From Squalus acanthias (taxonomy: Eukaryota): a DNA stretch of 64,000 nucleotides. The position numbers and the translations under genes were made by a program. Below, in pieces: positions 1-12,330 of the stretch. The stretch lies in contig CM059432.1 of NCBI GenBank assembly GCA_030390025.1, positions 83,764,001 through 83,828,000 on the forward strand, given 5' to 3'. Numbering within the stretch: the first letter of the stretch is position 1; the number at the start of each line of letters is the position of its first letter. A model generated the notes under the pieces. The model saw only the letters and a list, made by a program, of their open reading frames with translations. It did no database searches and was not told the origin of the DNA.

Positions 1-100
1 CCATAGAGTATATGCCTTTTTCATTGATTACTTGTAAAAAATCTTAATGGAAATATTAAATTGTCAATGGTTAGCCAAATCTTCCAACCTGAGGATAATT

Positions 101-605
101 TTATAATGGTGCAAAAGAAAAGCAAAAAGAGTAAAAATGGAAGACAGATACAGTAAATTGGAATATTTCAGATTTCTTGTCAATTTTTCTTTTCTGCAAA
201 ATAATTGAATGGCAGGCATTAGATTTGAACTCTAGAATCCACAAGGGCACCAGACACAAACTATAAAGCAACTCTAAAGACATGACTGGGAATACAGCAG
301 AAGAATCCAGGAGGAGCCTGGAGGCTGCAATAAAAAAGGAGAAAGAAATTTTGGGGTGGATTTCTTCTGCGAGCTATATGTAGCCAAATCATAAACATGT
401 TCGTTATAAACAGATTTTGTTACACATGGTGCACAGAAAAAAGCTTCCCCCATAATTTCTCGCAATAACTTTTGTGAACTTCTTGCACAACCTTTTCAGT
501 TTCTTGAGGCTTTAATAATGGATGGTTTTACTTGCTGATTTTCAGTGGAATTCTAGCCAAACCATTGCTACAAAGTTATAGAAAAAATGATCAGTAACCC
601 GCTCG
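101..605 (-). pseudogene. Degenerate 3' exon of host gene with stops and frameshifts
   Basis: Very strong acceptor tcttctctttctttctag| at 606-607. Fragments ERVTDHFFYNFVAMVW, LKRLCKKF, LLREIMGEAFFCAPCV, SSWILLLYSQ and LLYSLCLVPLWILEFKSNA lie in shifting frames with TGA/TAA stops. Confidence 0.3.
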
Positions 606-823
606 CTAGAAAGAAAGAGAAGACAGATGCTGGGACCGCAGTAACAGCACAGTTGGTAACTAACCCTTCCAACTCACTCTTACTTTCTAAACATTCATCT
701 TCATTTTAGAATACGCATCCACTTGTCTAATTACTTAGTTTACTGGTATATTTTATACCAGACAGAATAAATTAAAGGTCTGGGGCAACCTAAAGCATCT
801 AGAGGCCTAACACATATAATGAA

Positions 824-1367
824 AATGAGAAGTCGCACAACACCAGGTTATAGTCCAACAGATTTATTTAAAATTACAAGCTTTCGGAGCTGTCGGCCTT
901 CTGGATACACGACAGCGCAAAATCATAGAGCAGAAACTGATAGCCAAGTTCCGCACTCATGAGGATGGCCTCAATCGCGATATCGGGTTCATGTCACGAT
1001 ACAGAACGTGACTTGACATCATGGCCGGTCTTTCCAGGTTTTTTTTAAAAAACTAACACAAGAACCAAACTCAACTGAAGAGGATATGCAGCCAGCAGGT
1101 GTTTTGACACGTTGGACCCCCTGGGACACATCTCATTGTCTTGGCTGTGCTCTTAGTGTGTCTTTGATGTAGGGAAAGATTTGAATACATTTTTTCTGTG
1201 TTTATATTGTGAATTCTGGGAGATTCTCTCACAGCTACCCTACCTGAAGAAGGAGCGACAGCTCCGAAAGCTTGTAATTTTAAATAAATCTGTTGGACTA
1301 TAACCTGGTGTTGTGCGACTTCTCATTTTTGTCCACCCCAGTCCAACGCCGGCATCTCCACATCATG
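824..1367 (+). mobile_element. 5'-truncated Penelope-like retroelement with inverted partial pLTR
   Basis: 895-1011 encodes GLLDTRQRKIIEQKLIAKFRTHEDGLNRDIGFMSRY (GIY-YIG endonuclease C-terminus). 824-893 is an inverted copy of ~1257-1329. 12-bp TSD ACATATAATGAA at 812-823 and 1368-1379. Confidence 0.9.
1241..1276 (+). ncRNA. Minimal type I hammerhead ribozyme in Penelope pLTR
   Basis: TAC-CTGAAGA-A-GGAGC(GACA)GCTCC-GAAA-GCTT-GTA: core boxes, 5-bp stem II, palindromic AGCT stem III, TAC/GTA stem I. Confidence 0.75.
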
Positions 1368-2119
1368 ACATATAATGAATACCCAGCACATCTGGTTAAA
1401 CCCTGCTACTTCAGCACATGACTGAATATTCATCATTATAAAATGATGTAGTATATTGTGGGATGGAGGGCCTTTCTGTCTAGGCTCTGAAATAACACCA
1501 GCCAGAGTGTCTTGGATTGTTTTATGCTCCAGGTAGCCCCTGCTGCCACCGCTATCTCCCCTGGTAACCCCCGCTCTACATGCATCGCCTGTTATCCTGC
1601 CCCCACAGGCTTGCAATTCCAGAAATAACTTTCCAACCTTGCGAAAAGGCCACTTTTCAGCAATCCAGAAAAAATATTGGGGGAAATAAATCTCTTGGAC
1701 CACCATCCATTCTGGCCCCAGCACTTTTGTGAGTAATTGAGTGGTTTTGTTGCTTTATTTTTTCCTTTACCTTTGGTTTAAACATCAGTGTTTTTATTTC
1801 AAAAGAAATATGGCTACTCCAAAAAGATGAAAGGGGTAAGCCCCTTTCCAGTTTTGCACATTGTTTCCAGTTCCCTCCAGTGTATGTACTTTATGGATGG
1901 CCCCTAACTAAATTTGTAAAATAAAAAAGTTGTCGACTTATAAGTTGACTTGAAGTGAGCAGTGGGGCAGGTTGAAATATTATCTGAAGACACATGACTC
2001 ACTACAATTTGTTTCCACATTGGGACTGATATAGGGATCAGCCTATACAGAGCAGCATGTTGTGTGGTGATGGGGACACACTGATCCTAACTTGAAATCT
2101 AGATGGAGCTAGCCTTAAC

Positions 2120-2510
2120 GTCCACCCCCTCCACCACTGGCATATCGTGGCTGCAGTGTGTACTATCTACAGGATGCACTGCAGCAACTCACCAAGTCTT
2201 CTTCTGCAGCACCTCCCAAACCTGCCACCTGGAAAGACAAGGGCAGAAAAATTCATAATAACACCATCACCTCCAAGTTCCCCTCCAAGTCACATACCAC
2301 CCTGACTTGGACATTTATCATCATTCCTTCATTGATTGTTGCTGGGTCAAAATCCTGGAACGCCATATCTAGCAGCATTGTGGGAGCACCTTCACCACAC
2401 AAACTGCAGAGGTTCAAGAGGAAGGCCCACCATCACCTTCTCAGGAGCAACTAGGGATGGGCAATAAATATCAGCCTTGCCTGAGATGCCCATATCTTAA
2501 GAATTGAAAA
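2120..2510 (+). mobile_element. Old 3' fragment of Crack/CR1-group LINE
   Basis: IVAGSKSWN...HHHLLRSN and GGGCAATAAAT tail shared with the copy at 8901-10887. Confidence 0.8.
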
Positions 2511-4872
2511 AGCTAGGTAGAAACATAAGACTGCTGTACTATGTAAAAATACTTTGTAATGCTCGGTTATGCTGATTTATTATTGTAAAACTACTGGTCT
2601 TTAATATTAGGATTTCTTTGGGGGGGGGCGTGGAATGGGGGAAGATTGAAGATTCATCTCTGCCTAGAGACATCATCCATAATTTATTTGATTTCTGCTG
2701 GGATTTTTTTATTTATGTATATATGGCACATATGTTATTATTAAAACTAACACGTGGAATTGTCTTACATTTGGTTTGTGAGAGTGGCCCTCAAGCAATC
2801 ACTGCTTTGAACTGTAACCTTCAACTAAAATTACTGAGTACCTCTGACTACAGTATAAAAATGGGGAAAGTGAGCACTGAAAGCTACTTGTAACTGTACA
2901 TATATCACTCCTGTTCTCAATCATTTAAAAAAATATTTTTCACCCACTCTTTAGGCTAGGTCTCTTGTGCAACTCACCATTCTCAAAGGGAGGTGAGAGA
3001 CAGGCAACCTACTTTTCACTCATCTGCAGCTTAGTGATTTTCCATCTAAATTTCCCTCCAATTCTCAAAGGCAGTGGTTAGTGACTTCATAACACCACAG
3101 AAGTCTAGCTGAGAGCAGGAACTCACTGAGGTAGATCTTGACTTTGTGCGATAGTGTAGAACGGATGATAGTGAGTTGGCAGCCCGTTTTACATCTCTCC
3201 TGATTTTTATTTCCTTCAATGGATCCCCTCCGCATAATAGCAATTTCTGTTTTGTGCTACTGCTTTCAGGTCTTCACTGAGTACCAGCTCATCGCAGAAA
3301 GAGTAAAAGGAACACAGCCCATGTTAACATTGTTTCGTGGTCATTTTAAACATGTTTCTTACTGAGATAACTTGATTTTTTTGGTCAGGAAAGGGATTTT
3401 TTGGTCATCAAGTCAAGAAATGGCAATGCTATTCATTGGAATTTTTTTCACCTGCTTCCAAGTCAAGTGCAGCATTGGATAGATCCCTACCCTCAGAAAA
3501 TCATTATATACTACTCCAGCATGGGATGCATTTCTTTCAACAATAACTTGCAATTATATAGGAAAAAAATCCCCAAATTAACCTTTTTTCCATTCAGATA
3601 CTGATTGACCCATTATGTATTTCCAGCATTCCTCCTTTGATTTCAGATTTCCAACATTTGCAGTTTATTTTTATTCAAAAATGTATTTGAAATTTCTTTG
3701 TTATAATGTTGATCATAATTTCCTCATCAGTTTATAATTTTGATATGAATGTCACATTCAGCAAAAATCTGTGGCAAACATTTTACTTCGTTTAGTTAGA
3801 TATAACTGCAACAGAAAATTACATTTACAAAATGAGTGAAGAATTGGTTAATTTGGTTCAATTGTGTGAAATTGAGAGAAACCTGATAAATTTAGTTGCA
3901 GAATGTTTCTTAAATTCTTATCATTAGATTAAATGAGTTCAAGATTTTTTGAATTTTTTACATTTGAACTTCAATGTAAGATGGCAAACTTAGTCTCCTG
4001 GAAACAAAAGCTGGCTGGATCTTGCAATTGGATACTGCTTTGATACGAGAACTTGCCTCCAGCAAAGGGAATGTCTGCACATAAATTAATAGCCAACTTG
4101 ACAGAGTTAATGATAAAAACGTGACATAATGATCATATATGATTCATTCAAAACATTTACGCAGAAAAAAATCTTTCTACCCAAGAAATGGCACATTGGA
4201 AGCCACTTTATTACTACTGGTATGATATCATCGTCAATGCTGATACTTGCAATTTTAATACCCTAACACTAAATTAAAACCTCAGTTAGATATTAATCAC
4301 AACTTTGGTAAAGCAAAGTTTCTATGTTTTATGGTCTCAAGCTGTGCAACACGTACTCAAAGTCTGAATTTTCACTACTGCCCAAAGGTAATTTTTAAAC
4401 AAACATTAATTACAGAAAATGGAATTACATTTTGACTTAGCTTTTATTACTGTATTTTCTTGACACTGGTTAATATTTTCCTATATGTAACTGGACAGCT
4501 TGTCCTAATACAAAGGATTTATACAGGAAAGGTAGCTTCCTCGCCCACCACTAATGCAGACTTGGAAAATCTGGTGTAGATTGCTGTGTCAAAAGAGGAA
4601 GACACAGCAAGACCTAGATCAAAATTGCTAAATAAGTACATAGCTAACGGAAAAGCCAACCAGAAATATGAGGAAATAAAAAGTAGCAAGCATGAGAAAT
4701 CTTACAAAAATCGGTTGAAGATAAATAGAAACATACTACAAGGGGAAAGAGGGCAGTAGTGAGGTGAATTGTCGGACACAGAAGATGGCACCTATGTTTG
4801 TTGTAATTTCTGCATTGAAGAGCAGATTGGTTCCTAAAAAGATAAGTTGGGATTGGGAAGTGATATTATAGA

Positions 4873-5630
4873 GGGGGAGAAATTCATTATAGCCCCGTTT
4901 GGGGTGCTAATTTTTAAAAGTTTGAAAAGTTAGCGCCAGGCACTAATGTTTCTTAACTTTTAAAAAATTCTGCTTTGCGCTCCAGAAAGGAAGTGGATGC
5001 TAAATCAAGAGCTCCACTTCTTTCTTGGAGCGCAATTGGCAGCAGGCGGGGCGGAGACTTCAGTAGTGCTGCACACTGGGCTGTGCAGCGCTGCCGCGTT
5101 CAAAGGCTCCTTCCCTCCCTTAAAGGGAAGGGCCATCGCTGCAGGCTCTGCAATATAAAAAGTACCTGCCTGGACCACCAAGGCAGCCGCGATCCCACGC
5201 GATCAGCGCGGCACTCTGTTTGAGTGCCGGGCTGATCGATCGCGGGCAGGAACCCGCGAAAAAAACTGCAACAAGAAAGGTACGTTTTTTTTTTACTTAT
5301 CTCGGCCACCTTGCCTTTAATCATCACCACCGAAGCGGCTGGCCACCTGAAGCACGCCTCCTGCAGCTGTTGGTGTTTTCGCCCGGCACTGCTGCAGGGG
5401 GTGGAAGTCAATTTCGGATCCGGGGCGCTACCAGGGCGATGCGCATGGCGATGACGTCACAATCTCCGGGCAAAGGAGATCGGGGCGCTACGCTGTAGCA
5501 CCGCCACAAAACTCCAGCCGAATATGACGGGAGTCAACGTCAGATCCGTGCCTGGTCGGAAAGCCATTTGCACCCCGTTAGCGCCCCGTTAGCGCCAACG
5601 AGAGGCACAACAGCTCCTAATTTCACCCCC
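4873..5630. mobile_element. CpG-rich MITE, PIF/Harbinger type
   Basis: Termini GGGGGAGAAATT / AATTTCACCCCC, 3-bp TSD AGA; near-identical inverted copy at 17741-18473. Confidence 0.8.
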
Positions 5631-5706
5631 AGAGAATCAAGGTTTTGTAAAGGTTTTATATAGATTCTTAAAATCAATCTTCACAAAATGAAACTGGTCA
5701 AGTTCC

Positions 5707-6031
5707 AGAAATCACAGAGTGCAGATAGAGGCCATTTCGGCCCATCGAGCCTGCACCGGCACATATCCCACCCTATCCTCGTAACCCCACCTAACATATC
5801 CCACCCTATCCCCGTATTTAATCCCCCCTAACACTAAGGGTCAATTTATCATAGCCAAATCAACCTAACCCGCACATCTTTGGACTGTGGGAGGAAACCG
5901 GAGCACCCGGAGGAAACCCACGCGGACACGGGGAGAATGTGCAAACTCCACACAGACAGTCACCCGATGCTGGATTCGAACCCGGGTCCCTGGCGCTGTG
6001 AGGCAACAGTGCTAACCACTATGCCACCGTG
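5707..6031 (-). mobile_element. HE1-type V-SINE (tRNA-derived), full length
   Basis: Minus strand head with A-box TGGCATAGTGG and B-box GGTTCGAATCC; V-domain (plus strand GGAAACCGGAGCACCCGGAGGAAACCCACGC); CR1-type 3' tail. Confidence 0.9.
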
Positions 6032-6109
6032 TTCCAGATAGTCATTTTAGCTCAGGAACCTGAAGTAGGTATAGGTGAAGAATGAGTTTAGGACAGTGGT
6101 TATAAGTGA

Positions 6110-8141
6110 GAAGAAGGAATTAAAGGAAATTAGTATTCGTAAAAAAATAGTGCTGGAGAAATTAATGGGACTGAAAGCTGACAAATCCCCAGGGCCTGAT
6201 AATCCGCATCCCAGAGTACTAAAAGAGGTAGCCATGGGAATAGTGGATGCATTGGTTGTCATCTTCCAAAATTCTATAGATTATGGAACAGTTCCTGCAG
6301 ATTGGAGGGTGGCAAATGTAACCCCACTATTTAAAAAAGGAGGGAGAGAGAAAACAGGGAACTACAGACCGGTTAGCCTAACATCAGTAGTAGGGAAAAT
6401 GCTAGAGTCTATTATAAAGGATGCGATAACAAGACACTTAGAAAATATCAATGGGATTAGACAAAGTCAACATGGATTTATGAAAGGGAAATCGTGTTTG
6501 ACAAACCTACTGGAGTTTTTTGAGGATAGAAACATAGAAACATAGAATCTAGGAGCAGGAGTAGGCCATTCGGCCCGTCGAGCCTGCTCCGCCATTCAAT
6601 ACGATCATGGCTGATCATCCAAATCCAGTCCCTGCTTTAATCCCCACAGTACACATATCCCACCCTACCCCCGTAACCCCACGTATTTAATTCCCCCTAA
6701 CATATCCCATCCTATCCCCATAACCTCACATATTTAATCCCCCCTAACACTAAGGGTCAATTTATCATAGCCAAATCAACCTAACCCACACATTTTTGGA
6801 CTGTGGGAGGAAACCGGAGCACCCGGAGGAAACCCACGCAGACACGGGGAGAATGTGTAAACTCCACACAGACAGTCACCCGAGGTCAGATTCGAACCAG
6901 GATGTAACTGGTAGAATAGATAAGGGAGAACCAGTGGAGGTGGTGTATTTGGATTTTCCGAAGGCCTTTGATAAAGTCCCACATAAGAGGTTAGTGTGCA
7001 AAATTAAAGCACATGGGATTGGGGGTAATATACTGGCATGGATTGAAAATTGGTTAACAGACAGGAAACAGAGAGTAGGAATAAATGGGTCTTTTTCGGG
7101 GTGGCAGGCGGTGACTAGTGGGGTACCGCAGGGATCAGTTCTTGGGCCCCAGCTATTCACAATATATATGAATGATTTGGATGAGGGAACCAAATGTAAT
7201 ATTTCCAAGTTTTCTGATGACACAAAACTAGGTGGGATTGTGAGTTGTGAGGGGAATGCAAAGAGGCTTCAAGGCGATTTAGACAAGTTGAGTGAGTGGG
7301 CAAATACATGGCAGATGCAGTATAACGTGGATAAATGTGAAGTTATCCACTTCAGTAGGAAAAACAGAAAGGTAGAGTATTATTTAAATGGTGATAGATT
7401 GGGAAATGTTGATGTACAAAGGGACCTGGGTGTCCTTGTACACCAGTCACTGAAAGCAAACATGCAGGTGCAGCAAGCAGTTAGGAAGGCAAATGTTATG
7501 TTGGCCTTCATTGCAAGAGGATCTGAGTACAGGCACAAGGATGTCTTACTACAGTTGTACAGGGCCTTGGTGAAACCACACCTGGAGTACTGTGTGCAGT
7601 TTTGGTCTCCTTACCTAAGAAAGGATATACTTGCCAGAGTGGGAGTGCAGCGAAGGTTCACCAGACTGATTCCTGGGATGGCAGGACTGTCGTATGAGGA
7701 GAGATTGGGTCGACTAGGCCTGTATTCACTAGAGTTTAGAAGAATGAGAGGGGATCTCATTGAAACGTATAAAATTCTGACAGGGCTAGACAGACTGGAT
7801 GCAGGGAAAATGTTTCCCCTGGCTGGGGGGGTCTAGAACGAGGGGTCACAGTCTCAGGATACGGGGTAGGACATTTAGGACTGAGATGAGGAGAAATTTC
7901 TTCACTCAGTGAGTGGTGAACCTGTGGAATTCTCTACCACAGAAGGCTGTGGAGGTCAAGTCACTGAATATATTTAAGAAGGAGATAGATAGATTTCTAG
8001 ACACAAAAGGCATCACGGGGTATGGGGAGAGAGCGGGAATATGGTATTGAGATAGAGGATCAGCCATGATCATATTGAATGACAGAGCAGGCTCGAAGGG
8101 CCGAATGGCCTACTCCTGCTCCTATTTTTCTATGTTTCTAT
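6110..8141 (+). mobile_element. CR1 LINE, 5'-truncated ORF2 (RT) plus 3'UTR, split by a SINE
   Basis: GNYRPVSLTS, LDFPKAFDKVPH, GVPQGSVLGP and FSDD motifs; TTCTATGTTTCTAT tail. Confidence 0.95.
6528..6898 (-). mobile_element. HE1-type V-SINE, 5'-truncated in the B-box, inserted into CR1 ORF2
   Basis: Same V-domain as 5707-6031; AGGAT repeated on both sides; CR1 reading frame resumes (FFED|DVTGR). Confidence 0.9.
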
Positions 8142-8900
8142 AAGCTTCCAACGCCTGATGTCAAAAACAGGTGCCAATTCTCCTCAATAAAGCTACAATA
8201 AAACTCATTGATTGGGTGTTGGAGAGAAGTTTCATTAAATAGGAGCAATTTCCACATACTTAAGGAACCTGTGGGCTTGTCGTTCAACTCAGAATCAATG
8301 CTAAGGGAACAAAGCTTTGGCCAAATCCAGCAATTTCACATGAAGCTGAGCTCCAAACCAAATGTTTGGGATTTTTCTCAGAGATGGCTTTGCCATCAAT
8401 TTGGTGGGAAGAATACTCTGCAGATCCTAACAGATGTCACAGAGTGAGCCTTATTAGCTCCGAGTGGAACTGCCATTTGCTTTGGGGAGCCGGTCTTAGG
8501 GGAGGGTGGGAAATCAAACAGAGGGGCTGGAATTTTGCCTACCTGGGCGGGTTCGGTGCGGGCAGTGTCTGAGGCGGGTTGCGACCCCGCTGCTGGCTCC
8601 AACCCGCTGTTGAAATGAACTTACCTTAATGGGGCCTATTAAACCATACAGCACGTTCCCCGGCCCAATTAGATGGAACGGGTCTGGTGATGTCATTCAT
8701 GACACGTTTTCAGCCGGGATCTTTAAAGGGACCACAGCCATGTTAGATTTGAAGTTTAATCTATAGCATTGGAGTGCTGCAAACACTGACAATGACTGCA
8801 CAGAGGCAGAGGGCTGCACCCAAGTTCTCCGATGACTCCCTCCATATGCTTATGAAGGGAGTCAGAGCATGCAGGGAGGTCCTCTTCCCTTCCGATGGGC

Positions 8901-10887
8901 GGATAGATTCAGAACAGATCTAGCAGCTCAAAACTGGGCATCCATGAGGCGCTGTGGGCCATCAGCAGCAGCAGAATTGTTTTCCACCACAATCTGTAAC
9001 CTCATGGCCTGCCATATCCCTCACTCTACCATTACCATCAAGCCAGGGGACCAACACTGGTTCAATGAGGAGTGCAGAAGAGCATGTCAGGAGCAGCATC
9101 AGGCGTACCTAAAAATGAGGTGCCAACTTGGGGAAGCTGCAACACAGGACTACATGCATGCTAAACAGCGGAAGCAGCATGTTATAGACAGAGCTAAGCG
9201 ATCCCACAATCAACGGATCAGATCAAAGCTCTGTAGACCTGCCATATCCAGTTGTGAATGGCGGAGGACCATTAAACAACTAACGGGAGGAGGAGGCTCC
9301 ATGAATATCCCTATCCTCAATGATGGCGGAGCCCAGCACGCGAGTGCAAAAGACAAGGCTGAAGTATTAGCAACCATCTTCAGCCAGAAGTGCCGAGTGG
9401 ATGATCCATATTGGCCTCCTCCTGAGGTCCCCACCATCACAGGAGCCAGCCTTCAGCCAATTCGATTCACTCGCCATGACATCAAGAAACGGCTGAGCAC
9501 ACTGGATACAGCAAAGGCTATGGGTCCTGACAACATCCCGACTGTCGTGCTGAAGACTTGTGCTCCAGAACTAGCCGCGCCTCTAGCCAAGCTGTTCCAG
9601 TAAAGCTACAAAACTGGCATCTACCTGACAATGTGGAAAACGGCCCAGGTATGTCCTGTCCACAAAGAGCAGGACATATCGAATCAGGCCAATTACCGCC
9701 CCATCAGTCTACTCTCAATCATCAGCAAAGTGATGGAAGGAGTTGTCGACAGTGCTATCAAGCGGCACTTACTCACCAATAACCTGCTCACCGATGCTCA
9801 GTTTGGGTTCCGCTAGGACCACTTGGCTCCAGACCTCATTACAGCCTTGGTCTAAATATGGACAAAAGAGCTGAATTCCAGCAGTGAGGTGAGAGTGACT
9901 GCCCTTGACATCAAGGCAGCATTTAACCGAGTGCGGCATTAAGGAGTCATAGTAAAACTGAAGTTAATGGGAATCAGGGGGAAAACTCTCCACTGGCTGG
10001 AGTCATACCTAGCACAAAGGAAGATGGTTGTAGTTGTTGGAGGTCAATCATCTCAGCCCCAGCACATCGCTGCAGGAGTTCCTCAGGCCGTGTCCTAGGT
10101 CCAACCATCTTCAGCTGCTTTGCCAGGCAAAGTCTATCTCCAACAAGCGAGAGTCTAACCACCACCCGTTCATATTCAACAGCATTACCATCGCTGAATC
10201 CTCCACCATCAACATCCTGGGGGGTCACCATTGACAAGAAACTTAACTGGACCAGCCACATAAATACTGTGGCTACAAGAGCAGGTCAGAGGCTGGGTAT
10301 TCTGCGGCGAGTGTCTCACCTCCTGACTCCCCAAAGCCTTTCCACCATCTACAAGGCACAAGTCAGGAGTGTGATGGAATACTCTCCACTTGCCTGGATG
10401 AGTGCAGCTCCAACAACACTCAAGAAGCTCGACACCATCCAAGACAAAGCAGCCCGCTTGATTCGCACCCCATCCACCACCTTAAACATTTACTCCCTGC
10501 ACCACCGGTGCACCGTGACTGCAGTGTGTACCATCTACAAGATGCACTGCAGCAACTCACCAAGGCTTCTTTGGCAGCACCTCCCAAACCCGCGACCTCT
10601 TCCACCTAGAAGGACAAGGGCAGCAGGCGCATCGGAACACCACCACCTCCAAGTTCCCCTCCTAGTTACACACCATCCTGACTTCGAAATATATCGCCGT
10701 TCCTTCATTGTCGCTGGGTCAAAATCCTGGAACTCCCTCTCTGACAGCACAGTGGGAGTACCTTCACCACACGGACTGCAGTGGTTCAAGAAGGTGGCTC
10801 ATCACCACCTTCTCAAGGGCAATTAGGGATGGGCAATAAATGCTGGCCTTGCCAGCGACGCCCACTTCCCAGGAACAAATACAAAAA
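8901..10887 (+). mobile_element. Crack/CR1-group LINE, ~2-kb 3' part with RT
   Basis: KAMGPDNIP, ANYRPISLLSIISKVME, YKAQVRSVMEYSPLAW; 3' hairpin GCTGGCCTTGCCAGC and A-rich tail; several stops. Clade assignment is approximate. Confidence 0.9.
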
Positions 10888-11791
10888 AACGAGACCCCCC
10901 AGGAGACCAAGACAGCCTGGTTGCAGATTGCAGAGCAGGTCACAAGCAGGGATGTGGTCAGGAGGACCTGGATGCAGTGGCGCAAACGTTTCAATGATCT
11001 CATTAGTTCAGGAAATGGTAGTACAAAGCCACACTCAACTGCATCCTGCTGTGCCTCTCATCACATCCCCATCACTTTGCCTTCCCTACCCTACTCCTGC
11101 ACATCCTTACTCACACCAACATACCTTGCACCTCCACCCATCCCTCTCTCCCTATCTACATTATCACTTCCCTATCTCCTCACTAGCCACCCCTCACACT
11201 CACCCTCATCCTAGTGCAATCATACCAACTAACAACACACAAGGGTAGGCAATTGGGTGTTTTATCCAATGTTTTAAAGTTTCTCTAATGTGGTGTCAAA
11301 CATAAAAATATTTATTTTCAACAATTTCCAGTCTTGGACAAATTTGTGTGCACCATTGGAAGGTGCTTAGAGAGTTGCAGTGAATGGTGAGACATTACGG
11401 GTCCCCCCCGCCCGCCCCCCCCCCTTCCCCCCCAGCAATGGTGGTGAGTGTGAAAGGTATGGCTTGGGCATTGTAGGGATGCTTTATGGTGTTGGTGTGG
11501 GGTGGTGCCAACCTGGCACATCATGTCGCAGCCATATGGATGTACAGCGTAAAATCTGGCCATGATGAAGCTATCCCTGGCCTCCCGGGCAGCAATGTGC
11601 TCGGGTGCTGATGCCCTCTGCCCTGTGCAGCATCAAGTGATTGCAAAGAAAGTTGGTGATGTTGTTGGTGGTGCTGCTGGTGTGCCTGGTGCTGCTGGTG
11701 TTGGGGCTCATCGTTGTACGATTCTGAGAACCAAGGTGAGACAGTATAAGCGGCTCCCATGTTGATGGAATAGATGGCAGGTGAAGTACAG

Positions 11792-12330
11792 ATAGGAACA
11801 TAGGAACAAGAGTAGGCCATTCAGCCCCTTGGGCCTGATCCACCATTCTTGAGATCATGGCTGATCTGTGATCTAACTCCATTTGGCCCATATCCCTTAA
11901 TACTTTTGGTTAACAAAAAGCTATCAATCTCCGATTTAAAATTAACAATTGATCTAGCATCAATTGCCATTTATGGAAGAGAGTTCCAAACTTCTACCAC
12001 CCTTTGTGTGTAGCAGTGTTTCCTAATTTCACTCCTGAGAGGTCTGGCTCTAATTTTTAGACTATGCCCCCTAGTCCTAGAATCCCCAACCAGCAGAAAT
12101 AGATTCTCTCTATCTAGCCTATCTGTTCCCCTTAATATCCTGAATACTTCAATCAGATCACCCCTTAACCTTCTAAATTCTAGAGAATACAACCTAATTT
12201 GTGTAATCTCTCCTCGTAACTTAACCCTTGAAGTCCAGGTATCATTCTGGTAAACCTATGCTACACTCACTCCAAGGCCAATATATCCTTCCTCAGGTGT
12301 GGTGCCTAGAACTGCTCACAGAACTCCAGC
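11792..12330 (-). mobile_element. CR1 LINE 3' fragment
   Basis: YSLEFRRLRGDLIEVF...RVVEVWNSLP; ATAGGAAC repeat tail. Confidence 0.9.

Noticed and set aside
3046..3243. 65-aa minus-strand ORF as a host exon
   Set aside because: No convincing splice-site pair or family similarity; cannot be excluded without RNA data.
5960..6031. tRNA gene
   Set aside because: The A/B boxes are the head of the V-SINE, continuous with its body and tail.
11521..11891. Q/H-rich ORF as a host gene
   Set aside because: Lies inside the Harbinger element and is repeated at ~49490-49750.
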